Origin: Squalus acanthias
Lineage: Eukaryota
Direction: 5' to 3'
Length of the DNA stretch: 64,000 bases
Assembly: GCA_030390025.1 (NCBI GenBank)
Contig: CM059432.1
Span: 18,292,001-18,356,000, forward strand
Position numbers and translations under genes: made by a program. Positions 1-12,792 of this stretch are shown here, in pieces. The notes under the pieces are model-generated. The model did no database searches. It saw only the letters and a list, made by a program, of their open reading frames with translations, and had not been told where the DNA came from. The first letter of the stretch is position 1; each line of letters opens with the position of its first letter.

Positions 1-118
1 ACCAAGTACAGCAATAAATCACTGTTGCTAATCTTCTGTATCGAGCTGAAGGAACTGATGTCTGACAAAAGTAGAACTATTGTTTTTAGGGGGCAGAGAC
101 ACTTTGGATGAATAGTGA

Positions 119-553
119 CTGCCCTTGACATCAAGGCAGCATTTGGCTGAGTCTGGCATCAAGGAGCCCTAGTAAAATTGAAGTCAATGGGAATCGGGGG
201 GGGGGGGGGAAACTCTCCACTGGCTGGAGTCATATCTAGCACAAAGGAAGATGGTTGTAGTTGTCAGAGGACAATCATCTCAGCCCCAGGCTCTCGCTGC
301 CGGAGTTCCTCAGGGCAGTGTCCTAGGCCCAACCATCTTCAGCTGCTTCATCAATCACCTTCCCTACATCATAAGGTCAGAAGTGGGGATGTTTGCTGAT
401 GATTGCACCGTGTTCAGTTCCATTCGCAACTCCTCCGATAATAAAGCAGTCCATGCCCGCATGCAGCAAGATCTGGACAACATTCAGGCTTGGCTGATAA
501 ATGGCAAGTAACATTCGTGCCACACAAGTGCCAGGCAATTACAATCTTCAACA
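119..553 (+). mobile_element. LINE reverse transcriptase fragment, second CR1/L2-group lineage ('LINE-B'), interrupted at ~554 by a CR1
   Basis: ORF 251-511 carries [11 protein letters not shown]...MFADD motifs; closely matches the minus-strand LINE at 18382-21188. Confidence 0.85.
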
Positions 554-554
554 A

Positions 555-1195
555 GTGAGACCAGGACCAGTGAGAGCGGTGGGGATAAAGGGAGCGGCGA
601 CCCGAGGCTCGAGCGAGAGCGAGACCAGTGAGAGCGGTGGGGATAAAGGGAGCAGTGACCCGAGGCCCGAGACCAGAGTGAGACCGGGACCAGCGAGAGT
701 GAGAGCAGGACCAGTGAGAGTGGTCGGGATAAAGGGAGCGGTGACCCGAGGCCCGAGACCAGAGTGAGACCGGGACCAGCGAGAGCGGTGGGGATAAAGG
801 GAGCGGTGACCCGAGGCCCGAGACCAGAGCGAGACCAGTGAGAGCGGTGGGGATAAAGGGAGCAGTGACCCGAGGCCCGAGACCAGAGCGGGACCAGTGA
901 GAGCGGCGGGGATAAAGGGAGCAGTGACCCGAGGCCCGAGACCAGAGTGAGACCAGTGAGAGCGGTGGGGATAAAGGGAGCGGCGACCCGAGGCCCGAGC
1001 GAGAGCGGGACCAGTGAGAGCGGTGGGGATAAAGGGAGCGGCGACCCGAGGCCCGAGCGAGAGCGGGACCAGTGAGAGCGGTGGGGATAAAGGGAGCGGT
1101 GACCCGAGGCCCGAGACCAGAGCAAGACCGGGACCAGCAAGAGCGAGAGCGAGAGCGGTGAGAGTGGTGGGGATAAAGGGAGCGGGAGCGAATGA
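555..1195 (+). repeat. Tandem monomer array in CR1 5' UTR (~10 units, mostly ~59 bp, some longer)
   Basis: Ten occurrences of GGGATAAAGGGAGC...GACCCGAGGC. Confidence 0.9.
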
Positions 1196-1434
1196 GAGAG
1201 AGCAAAAAATAAATCAAGGAGTGACATCACAGGACAGCAGGTAGGTGATTGGTTGGTGAGTATTAACTTTTTTTCTCTCTTACCTAGGACAGTGGTTTAA
1301 ACTAGGACAGGAAAATTATAATGTACTGTATTAAATTTATAGCTTAACTAGTTAAACTAATTAATATAACTATAAATAATCATTGAATAAAGACTTTAAC
1401 TAATAAAATAAATAAAATAAGGCTAGACTAAGAT

Positions 1435-2385
1435 ATGGCAGGGCAGGTTGTGTGTCTGGACTGCAGTATGTGGGAGTTTGTGGACAGCGAGACTGTCCCG
1501 AGCGAACACGTCTGCAGGAGATGTCTCCGTCTCGAATCTCTCCGGCTCAGAGTCATTGAACTGGAGTGCGAGATGGAGACACTCCGACACATAAGGGAGG
1601 AGGAGGAATTTCTGGACAGTTTTATCCAGAATACAGTCACAGCCCAGAGGAAAGCACAGGTTCAGGAAAGGGAGGGTGTGACTGTTAGGGAGCTGGGGAG
1701 CAGGGATTTAGGAGAGGTTGAGAAGGAGGTCCCGCAGACACTGGTCCTGTCTAACAGGTACAATGTACTCGTGACCTGTGAGGACAAGGAGAAAGACTGC
1801 AGGGAGGACAGCCACAATGCAGACCAAGGCACCGTGACTCAGAAGGCTGTACAAGGGGGGGAAAGAGCAGAATAGAAATGTGGTAGTGATAGGAGATTCT
1901 ATAGTTAGGGGGATAGATAGTGTCCTCTGCAGCCAAGAACGAGAATCCCGAAGGGTGTGTTGCCTACCCGGTGCCAGGGTAAGGGCTATCTCATGGCGGC
2001 TGGAGAGGAACTTGGAAAGGAAGGGGGTAAATCCAGTTGTCATGGTCCATGTTGGAACAAACGACATAAGTAGGAACAGGGATGAGGTCCTGCTGAAAGA
2101 GTATCAGGAGTTAGGCTCTAAACTAAAAGCAGGACCTCGAGGGTAATAATCTCTGGATTATTGCCTGAGCCACGTGCAAATTGGCATAGAAGCAGACAGA
2201 TCAGGAGAATTAACACGTGGCTAAAGGGCTGGTGTGGGAAAGAGGGGTTCCTTTTCATGGGACACTGGCACCAGTTCTGGGACAGGAAGGAGCTGTACCG
2301 ATGGGACGGGTTCCACCTGAACCGGGATGGGACCCGTGTCCTAGTGGAAAGGGTAAATAGGGAGGTGGCAAAGTCTTTAAACTAG
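1435..2385 (+). pseudogene. CR1 ORF1 (CxxC zinc finger, coiled coil, SGNH esterase) broken by frameshifts
   Basis: Three consecutive ORFs: CLDC..CRRC, GDSIVRG, HVGTND, DGFHLN. Confidence 0.85.
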
Positions 2386-2846
2386 TAAGATGGGGGGAGG
2401 GATCTACAAGAAACGTAACCAGCCTAAATATAAACAAAACAGGAAAAGAGAGCATAGGAAAGAATAAAGTAAAGGAGGGCATTGATGGCAAGGGAATAAA
2501 TAGAGTTATAGAACAGGAGTCTAAAAAGATGGTTAAACATAAAGTGAGAGGAAATCCTATTAAAAATGAGTTAAACTGTCTGTACAGCAATAAAATAGGG
2601 GAGCTGAAGGCAATCATGCGTTGCGAGGAACCAGACATAGTAGGGATTACTCAGACATGGCTACAGAAAAATCAGGAATGGGAATTAAACATTGCAGGGT
2701 ATAACATATTTAGAAAAGATAGAGAGGGAAAAAAGGGAGGTGGAGTAGCTGTACTTATTAGGGATAACATAATGGCAGTAGAAATAGGTGACGCAGCTAT
2801 CAGCAAGACAAAAATAGAATCCACATGGATAGAGATAAAAGATAAT

Positions 2847-3482
2847 GGGCCGTATTTTCCGATCAGAGGCTTCCCGCGTGCGGAGTCCTCCGATCTGGAA
2901 AAAATCTACGCAGTTACCTGAGGGCTCCTGAGGTGCATATAGTTCCGATGCTGGGCCTCTCCAACTCCAAGTGTGCAGGGCCCACGTATCCCAGGGGCGC
3001 ATGCAGTTCGCAAGCGTCCCTGGGATCACGTGGGACATGGGGAGCCAATCAAAGAAGGGAATCTCCCTTCATACACTTGACAGATAGACCTGTCAAATAT
3101 ATGAATGGAGATCACCCCAAAAACACTTTAAAACATTAAATACGTTTTTTTAAAAAATCACATTTTTAAAATTAGTTGAAATTACAATAGATTAAATATT
3201 TTTTACTTTATTCAACTCTTATCCTGGTAAAAGCAAGCCTTACGCCAGGTGTAAGAATTCTAAGGGTTTTCTGCGGGCGGAGGGTCTCCAGAAAGCGGAA
3301 CTATCCGCCGGCAGAGGCCCTTTTCCAGGGCAGGCGTCCAATCTGTCAAGAGCATTCTTGATAGATCGGAAATGCTGGTTTTCAGCGCATGCGCTGTGCA
3401 TGCCTGAAACCGGCATTTCCGATGTCCTTACGGGTGTGTACACAACGCGTACACACCCATAGGGATCGGACTATCCAGGCCC
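2847..3482. mobile_element. Harbinger-type MITE, family M2, inserted in CR1 ORF2
   Basis: Imperfect TIRs GGGCCGTATTTTCCGATC / GATCGGACTATCCAGGCCC; flanks AAT/ACT; internal similarity to 7629-8387; CR1 EN frame resumes after it. Confidence 0.7.
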
Positions 3483-4915
3483 ACTAAAGGATCAATCACA
3501 CTCATAGGCGTAGTCTTTTGACCACCTAAGAGTGGAAGGGAGGTGGAGGAAGAAATATGCAGACAAATTAGGGAAATGAGTAGAAAACATAGAATAATAA
3601 TCATGGGGGATTTCAACTACCCCGATATTAATTGGACAGAAGAGGTAGGTAAAGGGGATAAGGGAATGGAGTTCCTACAATTCGTTTGGGACTCCTTTCT
3701 AACCCAATATGTAAAAAGCCCAACAAGGGAGGATTCGCTATTGGATCTAGTAATGGGAAATGAACCAGAACAGATAAGAGAAGTAAAAGTAGGGGAACAT
3801 CTAGGCAATAGCGACCATAATATAATACGCTTTATGATGATAATTGAGAAGGACATAAGTATGACGAAAACCAGGTTAATAGATTGGAGAAAAGCTGATT
3901 TTGAAGGGCTGAGAATAGAACTTGGGAAAATAAAATGGACAACAATATTGGCAAACAACGATGTAGAACAGCAATGGGAAACATTTAAAACGGTGCTCAA
4001 CAGAGCGCAGAAACAATATATTCTGCTAAAAGGAAAGAACAAACTAAACACTAATGAGACTCCATGGATGAATAAAGCCATAAGGGAACAATTGAGGGTA
4101 AGGAAAGAGGCATACATTAAGTACATGGACAGTAGGGGAGTGCATGATAAGGGAGAATATGAAGAGATTAGGAGAGAAGTCAACAAAACAATTAGGAAGG
4201 CAAAGAGGAACTATGAAATTAAATTATCAAGGAACATAAAACAAAATAGTAAAATATTTTACAGGCACATCAATAAAATAAAGGTTTTATATTATAAAAA
4301 GGATATAGAGGCACTGGAGAGGTTACAGAGAAGATTTACAAGGATGATACCAGAAATGCGAGAGTATACATATCAGGAAAGGATGAACAAGCTGGGTCTC
4401 TCGTCTCTTGAAAAAAGAAGGCTGAGGGGTGACCTAATAGAGGTTTTTTAAATTATGAAAGGTTTTGATAGAGTGGATACAGAGAGAGTGTTTCCACTTA
4501 GAATCATAGAATCATAGAATGGTTACAGCACAGAAGAAGGCTATTCGGCCCGTGGGGCCCATGCCGATTCTCGGCTAGTCCCACTCCCCTGCCCTTTTCC
4601 CGTAGCCCTGCAATTTTTTTTCCTTCAGATACTTATCCAACTCCCTTTTGAAAGATAAGATTGAGTCTGCCTCCACCACCCTTTCAGGCAGTGCATTCCA
4701 GATCTTAACCACTCACTGCGTAAAAAAGTTTTTTTCTTACGTCGCCTTTGGTTCTTTTGCCAATCACCTTAAATCTGTGTCCTCTGGTTCTCGACCCTTC
4801 TGCCAATGGGAAAAGTTTCTCTCTATCGACTCTGTCCAGACCGCTCATGATTTTGAACACCTCTATCAAATCTCCTCTCAATCTTCTCTGCTCCAAGGAG
4901 AAAAACCCCAGCTTC

Positions 4916-5228
4916 TCGATAGGGTGGATGCTGGGAGAATGTTTCCCTTGGCTGGGGAGTCTAGAACCAGAGGCCACAGCCTCAGGATAAAGGGTAGGCC
5001 ATTCAGGACTGAGATGAGAAGAAATTTCTTCACACAGAGGGTGGTGAATCTTTGGAATTCTCCACCCCAGGGGGCTGTGGAGGCTCAGTCATTGGGTATA
5101 TTCAAAACAGAAGTCGATAGATTTCTGACTAGTAAAGGCATCAAGGGATATGGCGATAGGGCCGGTGAATGGAGTTGAGGCAGAAGAATAGCCTACTCCT
5201 GCTCCTATTTCTTATGTTCTTATGTTCT
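4916..5228 (+). mobile_element. CR1 3' fragment with (TTCTTATG)n tail
   Basis: RTRGHSLRIKGRPFRTEMRRNFFTQRVVNLWN C-terminus plus tail. Confidence 0.85.
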
Positions 5229-5415
5229 CCAGTCTATCAACATAACTGAAGTCCTTCATCCCTGGAATCATTCTCGTAGATCTTTCCTGCATCTTCTCGA
5301 AGGCCTTCACATCCTTTCTAAAGTGTGGTGCCCAGAATTGGACACAGTACTCCAGTTGGGGCCGAACCAGTGTTTTATACAGGTTCATCATAATTTTCAC
5401 ACTTTTGTACTCTAT

Positions 5416-6264
5416 GGGCTGGATTTTGAAGTTGGAGTCGGGTTGGGGTCGGGAATCACACATTCTGGCTTGTGAACCCGCCTCCATCGAGATGTGGCCA
5501 ACCCATTGCATTTTCACTTGATTGACCTTGTTGAGCTCGCCCAGTGGGCTCAGCAGGCCAATTAAGGGCCACCCGGCAACAGGTGACGTCACAGACTGAC
5601 ATTTCATCTGTCAAGAGCTTTTGACAGATGAAATATCAGCATTTGACAGCTCTGTGAAGCTGTCAAACACTCACAATATCATTTCTAACTTCAGTCCTTC
5701 CTTTCAGGCTGAGTTAGAAATCATTCCAGCACAGAAAACAGAAGGCTGCTGTTTTTGACAGGTCCACGGCTTTCCTGCTTTCTGTGCCGGTGAGATTTCT
5801 AACTCCCGAGAACTGAAGGGCTGACACTTGCAGGAGGAAGTTAAGGTAAGTAAAACTTTTTTCAACACTTAGCACTTACCTTACACATTTACCTCTGCAC
5901 ACATGCACCCATCACTCACCTGCCCACCGGACATATCGACCCCTCCAACCCCTGCAGACCCACGGCCCGACCCGATAACTTGGAGTGTTTGCCACCTGTT
6001 GGGAAGCCCACACTTTTCTTTTTAAAATAGGGATTATGCCAAAAACTGCCTGTTAACTACCTGTTAACAGGCAGTTAATTGTCAGTAATCCCTTCCCGCC
6101 TCGGGGAGTCGGGTCTCAGACCAGGTCGGGTACCCGCCGCCAGAGAAACTGACATGGAGGCGGGTTGGAGTCGGGATGGGGTCGGGACCCCCGAATCTGC
6201 AACTTTAACACCCCCCCCCACCCGACTCCAAACCCGACTCCACGGGTCATTCAAAATCCAGCCC
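5416..6264. mobile_element. Harbinger-type MITE, family M3
   Basis: Perfect 15-bp TIR GGGCTGGATTTTGAA / TTCAAAATCCAGCCC; 3-bp TSD TAT/TAT. Confidence 0.9.
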
Positions 6265-7628
6265 TATGACTCTATTTATGAAGCCCAGGATCTCGTAAGC
6301 CTCTTTAACTGCTTTCTCAACCTGCCCTGCCACCTTCAACGATTTGTGCATATATACCCCCAGGTTACTCTGTTTGTGCACACCCTTTAGGATTGTACCA
6401 TTTAGTTTATATGTCCTCTCCTCATTCTTTCTACCAAAATGTATCACTTTGCACTTTTCTGCGTTAAATTTCATCTGCCACATGTCCACCCATTTCAACA
6501 GCCTGTCAATGTCTTCCTGAAGTCTATCACTCTCCTCCTCACTGTTCACTATACTTCCAAGTTTTGTGTCATCTGCAAATTTTGAAATTGTGCCCTGTAC
6601 ACCCACGTCCAAGTCATTAATATATATCAAGAAAAGCAGTGGTCCTAGAAGCGACCCCTGGGGAACACCATTGTATACCTTCCTCCAGTCCATAAAACAA
6701 CTGTTCACCACTACTCTCTGTTTCCTGTCACTTAGCAAATTTCGTATCCATGCTTCCACTGTCCCTTTTATTCCATGGGCTTCAACTTTTCTGGCAAGCC
6801 TATTATGTGGCACTTTGTCGAACGTCTTTTGGAAATCCATGTACACTACATCAACCGCATTGCCCTCATCAACCCTCTCTGGTACCTCATCAAAAAACTT
6901 GATCAAGTTGGTTAAACACGATTTGCCTTTAACAAATCTGTGCTGGCTTTCCTTAATTAATCCATACCTATCCAAGTGACTGTTAATTTTGTCCCTGATT
7001 ACTGTTTCTAAAAGCTTCCCCACTACCGAGGTTAAACTGACTGGCCTGTAGTTGCTGGGTTAATGTTTATACCCTTTTTTGAACAATGGTGTAACATTTG
7101 CAGTTCTCCAGTCCTCTGGCACCACCCCCGTATCTATGGAGGACTGGAATATTATGGCCAGTACCTCCGCGATATCCTCCCTCAATTCCCTTAGCATCCT
7201 GGTGATTTATCTACTTTAAGTACAGCCAGCCTTTCTAATACCTCTTCTTTATCAATTTTTATCCTATCAAGTGTTTCCACTACATCCTCCTTCACTATGT
7301 CTATGGCAGCATCCTCTTCCTTGGTGAAGACAGATGCAAGGTACTCATTTAGTACCTCAGCCATACCCTCTGCTTCCATGCATAGGTTTCCTTTTTGGTC
7401 CCTAATCGGCCCCACCCCTCCTCTTACTACCCTTTTACTATTTATATGCCTGTAGAAGACTTTTGGATTACCTTTTATGTTGGCTGCCATTCTATTCTCA
7501 TACCCTCTTTTTGCCCCTCTTATTTACTTTTTCACTTCTCCTCTGACCTTTCTATATATAGTCTGATTCTCAGATGTACTTGCAACCTGACATCTGTCAT
7601 ACGCGCTCTTTTTCTGCTTCATCATGTT

Positions 7629-8387
7629 GGCCCAGAATTTCCAGTCGGAGGCCTCCCGCGGGTGCAAGCCCCCGACCTGCACTTAAGAAGCGCGCCTACC
7701 ATTATGCTCTGGGCCCGCGCAGAATTCCGTTCCTGTGCCTGCTCCAGCTGCCGGTGTGCAGGGCACGCGTATCCCAGGGGCGAAGCTAGTTCGCAGCGTC
7801 CCTGGGATCACGTGGGCCATGGGGAGCCAATCGGAGCAGGGAATCTCCATTCATAGATTTGACAGGAAGACCTGTCAAATCTATGAATAGAGATCGGCCC
7901 CAAAACCTAAGTAAAACTTCAAATAATTTTTTTAAAAACATCACATTTTTAAAATAACTATAAATTACATAAATTAACTACTTTAAACAAAAATTTAAAT
8001 TTTTGAAAAAAATAAAGTTTTTAATGGGGCTAAAAATAAACTTACCTTTCTTTAAAATATTTTAAAATGATAAACCTGTGGAAAAAATGTTTTACTTTTA
8101 CTTTCTTCACCTCTTACCTTGTTAAAAACAGGCCTTGCGCCTGGTTTTTTCACGCGCAGCTGCTAGGGACTTACCCGCACTGCATCAACTGAGAAAAAAC
8201 CGGATGTTCGCTGCGTTCGCGCTGCCTCTCCGGTGCACGCAGTTGACCTGTGAACCCCTTCCTTCAAGAGAACGGAAGTTCCGGTTTCCAGCGCATGCGC
8301 TATGCATGCGCGAAACCGGCACTTCCGTTGGCCCTATGGGTGAGTACACAGCGTGTACGCACCCGTAGGGAACGGAATTTCAGGTCC
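7629..8387. mobile_element. Harbinger-type MITE, family M2
   Basis: Imperfect TIR GGCCCAGAATTTCC / GGAATTTCAGGTCC; flanks GTT/ATT; shares CACG.GTATCCCAGGGGCG..CCCTGGGATCACGTGGG block with 2847-3482. Confidence 0.75.
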
Positions 8388-8699
8388 ATTCTCTATCTCT
8401 TTCGTCATCCAGGGAGCCCTGTCTTTAGTTGCTCTGCCTTTCCCCCTAGTGGGAATGTACCTGAACTGTACTTAAACTATTTTTCTTTGAAGGCAGCCCA
8501 TTGCTCCATTACAGTTTTGCCTGCCAATCTTTGACTCCAGTTTACCCAGGCCAGATCTGTTCTCATCTCACTGAAATTGGCCTTCCCCCAGTTAAACATT
8601 TTTACTCTAGATTGCTCCCTGTCCTTTTCCACAGCTAATCTAAACCTTATGATACTATGATCCCTGTTCCCTAAATGTTCACCTACTGACACTTTGTGT

Positions 8700-11600
8700 T
8701 ACAGGTAGATATTTAATTTCAGTACCCACAACTTAATCTAGATCAAATAAGTAGTTAAGAAACTACACTGTAAACAAAGTTAACTAATTTCAAATTTAAT
8801 TAAATAAAACAAGGTCCTATAGGGATGGCGGTGCAGGTGGTGTGCCGCAACTGCAGCATGTAGAGAGTTTGTGGAGAGCATTGTGATCCCGGACAACCAC
8901 GTTTGCAGGAAGTGTCTGCATATTGAGGAACTTCAGCTCAGAGTTTTTGAGCTGGAGTCTGAGGTGCAGACATTGCGGGGCATCAGGGATGGGGAGAGTT
9001 ACCTGGACACTTTGATCCAGGAGGCAGTCACACTCCTTATGTTAGGTAGTGGTACAGGTCTGGTTAGTGGTCAGGGGCAGGAGGATATGACTGCTAGTCA
9101 GGCAGGTAAGGGGACCCCAGGTGCAGCGCTGGAGGAGCCTCAGCCTTTGTCCTTGTCCAACGGATATGAGGTTCTCGCTGCCTGTGTGGATGAGGGAAAA
9201 GCCTGCAGGATGGATGAGCAAACTGACCATGGCACCATGGTGCAGGAGGCTGTTCAAATGGGGGGAGTGAAAGGGAATGTAGTTGAGGTAGGGGACAGTA
9301 TAGTCAGGGGGATAGATACTGTTCTCTGCAGCCGCGACCGAGAGTTCTGAAGGTTGTGTTGCTTGCCCAATGCCAGGGTTAAAGACATCTCCTCATGGCT
9401 GGAGGAGAGCTTGGAGTGGGAGGGGGAGGATCCAGTGGTCGTGGTCCACGTAGGAACCAACGACATAGGTAGAACTAGGAATGAGGTTCTGCTGAGGGAG
9501 CTTTAAGAGATAGGATCCAAATTAAAAAGTAGAACCTCAAAGTTAATAATCTCTGGATTGTTACCTGAGCCACATGCAGATTGGCATAGGGACAAACAGA
9601 TTAGAGGTTTAAAAGCGTGGATCAAAGAGTGGTGTGGGAGGTTTGGGTTTCAGTTCATGGGGCACTGGTACCAGTACTGGGGAAAGAGGGAGCTGTTCCG
9701 TTGGGATGAGTGTCCTGGCGAACCGAATAACTAGGGCAGTAGACAGGGCTTTAAACTAATGAAGGGGGGGGGGGGGGGAAGCGGTGGGAGGATTCAAGAA
9801 AGAGTAAATTTAAAAGCAGCAAGAGAAATGTCAAGGCTCTCGAGCAGAGTAGAGTTTTCGGTAAAAATAAGCAGATTGGGTCAGGAAGGGACAGAGAGAG
9901 TAACAAAGGTAATAAGGCATCAGTGACGAAGGTGACATCAAGGAAAAATACAAATAAGTCAAAGCTAAGGGCACTATATCTGAATGTGCGAAGCAGTCGC
10001 AACAAAATAGATGAATTAATAGCGCAGATAGAATTTAATAGTTTTGATCTAATAGCCATTACGGAGACGTGGTTGCAATGTGGCCAAGGTTGGGAACTAA
10101 ATATTCCAGGATACTTAACTTTTAGAAGAGATAGGCAAAATGGAAAAGAAGGAGGGGTAGCCCTGATAATAAAGGATGGGATAAAGACAGTAGAGAGAAA
10201 GGGGGAGAAATTCGGTATCACCCCGTTTGGGGCGCAATTATCGGCCGGGCGCAAAGTTTAGCGCCTGGCGCTAATTATCGCTTCCGACTGCAAACTTGGC
10301 TTCTATTGCCCTTGGAGGTGATTGGAGCGCTAAATCAGGCGCTACACACCTCTCTTAAGGCGCTAACGCCGAGGAGTGAGGCGCTACCTCAGAGCGCTGG
10401 CGAAGCTCATGTGATGTCAGTCAGCAATGGAACACAGACACACTGGCGCTGGCCAGTTCTTAAAGGGGAGGGTCGATCTTGCTCTTCTTCCACACCCTGT
10501 TCATTGCAGCCTTGAATCTCGGCCTGGAGAGACCTGTACATCAAATCTGCTGGAAAGAACAATGGAGAGGCCCAGGGAAAGAGCTCAGACTGCAGCCCCC
10601 AAAGTCTCTTCTAAATCGATGCAAGGAAGATCAAACCAGAAAGAACCTGCAAAGTGCTGCTCAGTACCCAAAACTCCTCAACAGAGCTTTGAATATTTCC
10701 TGCAGTCTCTCTCTCTCACTCAGAATGCGTGGTGCAAAAATTTCGCCGACAAAAAAAGGCATGAAGCGGTCGTTTTTAAATAGCACTCCCCCAGTCCCTT
10801 CCCGACTGAAAAACGTTCCCCTCAACCTGTCATTGCTAGCGGCAGGTGGTAAGACAGGGGGCACCACTCAATATCTGCTCTGGGGCGCTACCGGGGTGTT
10901 GCACGCTCGACTGATGTCGCAATCTGCGGGCGCAGGAGATCGTGGCGGTAGTGTTTAGCGCCGCCGCAAAATGTCTAGTCAATTTCGTGAGCGGCGCAAA
11001 CATTGCCGCGCCCGGGCGCTAGTTGCTTTGCGCCCCAGTAGCGCCCTCTTAAGGCGCTAACGGGAGGTGCAAACCAACCGAATTTTTCCCCCAAAGGATC
11101 TTAGGTCCGAAAATCAAGATGTAGAATCAGTTTGGGTGTAGCTGAGAAACAGCAAGGGGCAGAAAACATTGATGGAAGTTATTTATAGGCCCCCAAACAG
11201 TAGTTGTAATGTAGGGCAGAGTAAAAATCAGGAAATTAGAGGTGCATGTAACAAGGGTAATACAGTAATCATGGGGGACTTTAATCTACATATAGACTGG
11301 GCAAACCAAATTTGCAGTAATAGTGTGGAGGACGAATTCATGGAATGTATGCAAGATAGTTTTCTAGATCAGTATGTTGATGAACCAACTAGGGAACAGG
11401 CTATTTTAGATCTAGTATTGTGCAAAGAGAAAGGGTTAATTAATAACCTTATAGTAAAGGGGCATTTAGGGAAAAGTGACCATAATATGATAGAATTTTA
11501 TATTGAGTTTGAAAGTGATTTAGTTAAATCCGAAACTAGGGTCTTAAATCTAAACAAAGCAAACTATGTAGGTATAGGGGGCAAGTTGGCTAAGGTAGAT

Positions 11601-12792
11601 TGGGAAACTACATTAAAAGGTATGACGGTAGAGAAGCAATGGCTAGCATTTAAAGAATTAATACATAATTTACGACAAATATACATTCCTTTAAGGCACA
11701 AAAACCCCACAGGAAAAGTGATCCAACCGTGGCTAAAAGAGAAGTTAACTATAGTATTAGAACAAAGGATGATGCCTATAATGTTGCCAAAAAGAATAGT
11801 AAGCCTGAGGATTGGGAGGATTTTAGAATTGTTAAAGAAAGGGAAAATAGAATATGAGAGTAAACAAGCGAGAGACATAAAAAGAGACGGTAAAAGCTTC
11901 TATAGCTATATAAAAAGGAAAAGATTAGCGAAAGTAAATGTGGGTCCCTTACAGGCTGAGACAGGAGAAATTATAATGGGGAATAAGGAAATGGCAGAAA
12001 AATTAAACAAATACTTTGTGTCTGTCTTCACGGAAGAAGACGCAAAAAACTTCCAGGAAATAGTGGAGAACCAAGGGTCTAGTGAGAATGAGGAACTGAA
12101 AGAAATTAGTATTAGTAAAAAAATAGTACTAGAGAAATTAATGGGACTGAAAGTCGATAACTCCCCTTGGCCTGATGGCCTACATCCTAGGGTTTTGAAA
12201 GAGGTGGCTATAGAGATAGTGGAAGCATTGGTTGTCATTTTCCAAAATTCCATAGATTCTAGAACAGTCCCCGCAGATTGGAAGGTAGCAAATGTAACCC
12301 ACTATTTAAGAAAGGAGGGAGAGAGAAAACGGGCAACTTCAGACCAGTTAGTCTGACATCAGTAGTAGGGAAAATGCTATTATTAAGGACGTGGTAACAG
12401 GGCACTTAGAAAATAATAATAGGATTGGGCAGAGTCAACACGGATTTATGAAAGGGAAATCGTGTTTGACGAATCTGTTAGACTTTTTTGAGGTTGGTGT
12501 TCAGAAGGACCTGGGTGTCCTTGTACACGAATCACTGAAAGTTAACATGCAGGTACAGCAAGCAATTAAGAAAGCAAATGGTATGTTGGCCTTTATTACA
12601 AGAGGATTTGAATATAAAAGTAAAGACATCTTACTGCAATTATAGAGGGCCCTGTTGAGACCACACCTGGAGTATTGTGTACAGTTTTGGTCTCCTTACC
12701 TAAGGAAGGATATACTTGCCATATAGGGAGTGCAACGAAGGTTCACCAGACTGATTCCTGGGATGGGGGGATTGTCCTATGAGGAGAGATTA
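8700..12792 (+). mobile_element. CR1 LINE, decayed ORF1 and ORF2 with RT core deleted; carries a MITE
   Basis: ORF1 remnant 8824-9757 (GDSIVRG, HVGTND); ORF2 pieces 9923-10200, 11169-12356, 12391-12645. Confidence 0.85.
10201..11092. mobile_element. Harbinger MITE, family M1 (892 bp), deletion derivative related to the autonomous element
   Basis: TIR GGGGGAGAAATTCGGT / ACCGAATTTTTCCCCC; TSD AAA/AAA; both ends align to the ends of 24572-28966. Confidence 0.92.

Larger units (their letters stand above)
555..4500 (+). mobile_element. CR1 LINE, 5'-complete but decayed: 5' monomer array, ORF1, APE endonuclease, RT domain deleted, 3' end cut by another CR1
   Basis: ORF1 pieces 1435-2385; EN motifs GITQTWL, IIMGDFNYP, SDHN; protein jumps from RHINKIK straight to YYKKDIEALERLQRRFTRMIP. 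Confidence 0.85.
4500..8695 (-). mobile_element. CR1 LINE ORF2/3' portion ((AGAATCAT)n tail on +), interrupted by a + CR1 fragment and two MITEs
   Basis: Minus ORFs 4705-4977, 6247-7023 (GVPQGS, FADDTK), 7191-7490 and 8477-8692 are collinear parts of one ORF2. Confidence 0.8.

Noticed and set aside
414..1230. Long ORFs of 267 and 248 aa (also 44277-44786 and 59965-60300)
   Set aside because: They are translations of tandem monomer arrays in CR1 5' UTRs.
10306..10958. Recurrent ORFs in M1 MITEs (MEHRH.., also 19963-20373 and 29281-29661)
   Set aside because: The similarity reflects repeat copies; ends and stops differ, and no domain is recognisable.
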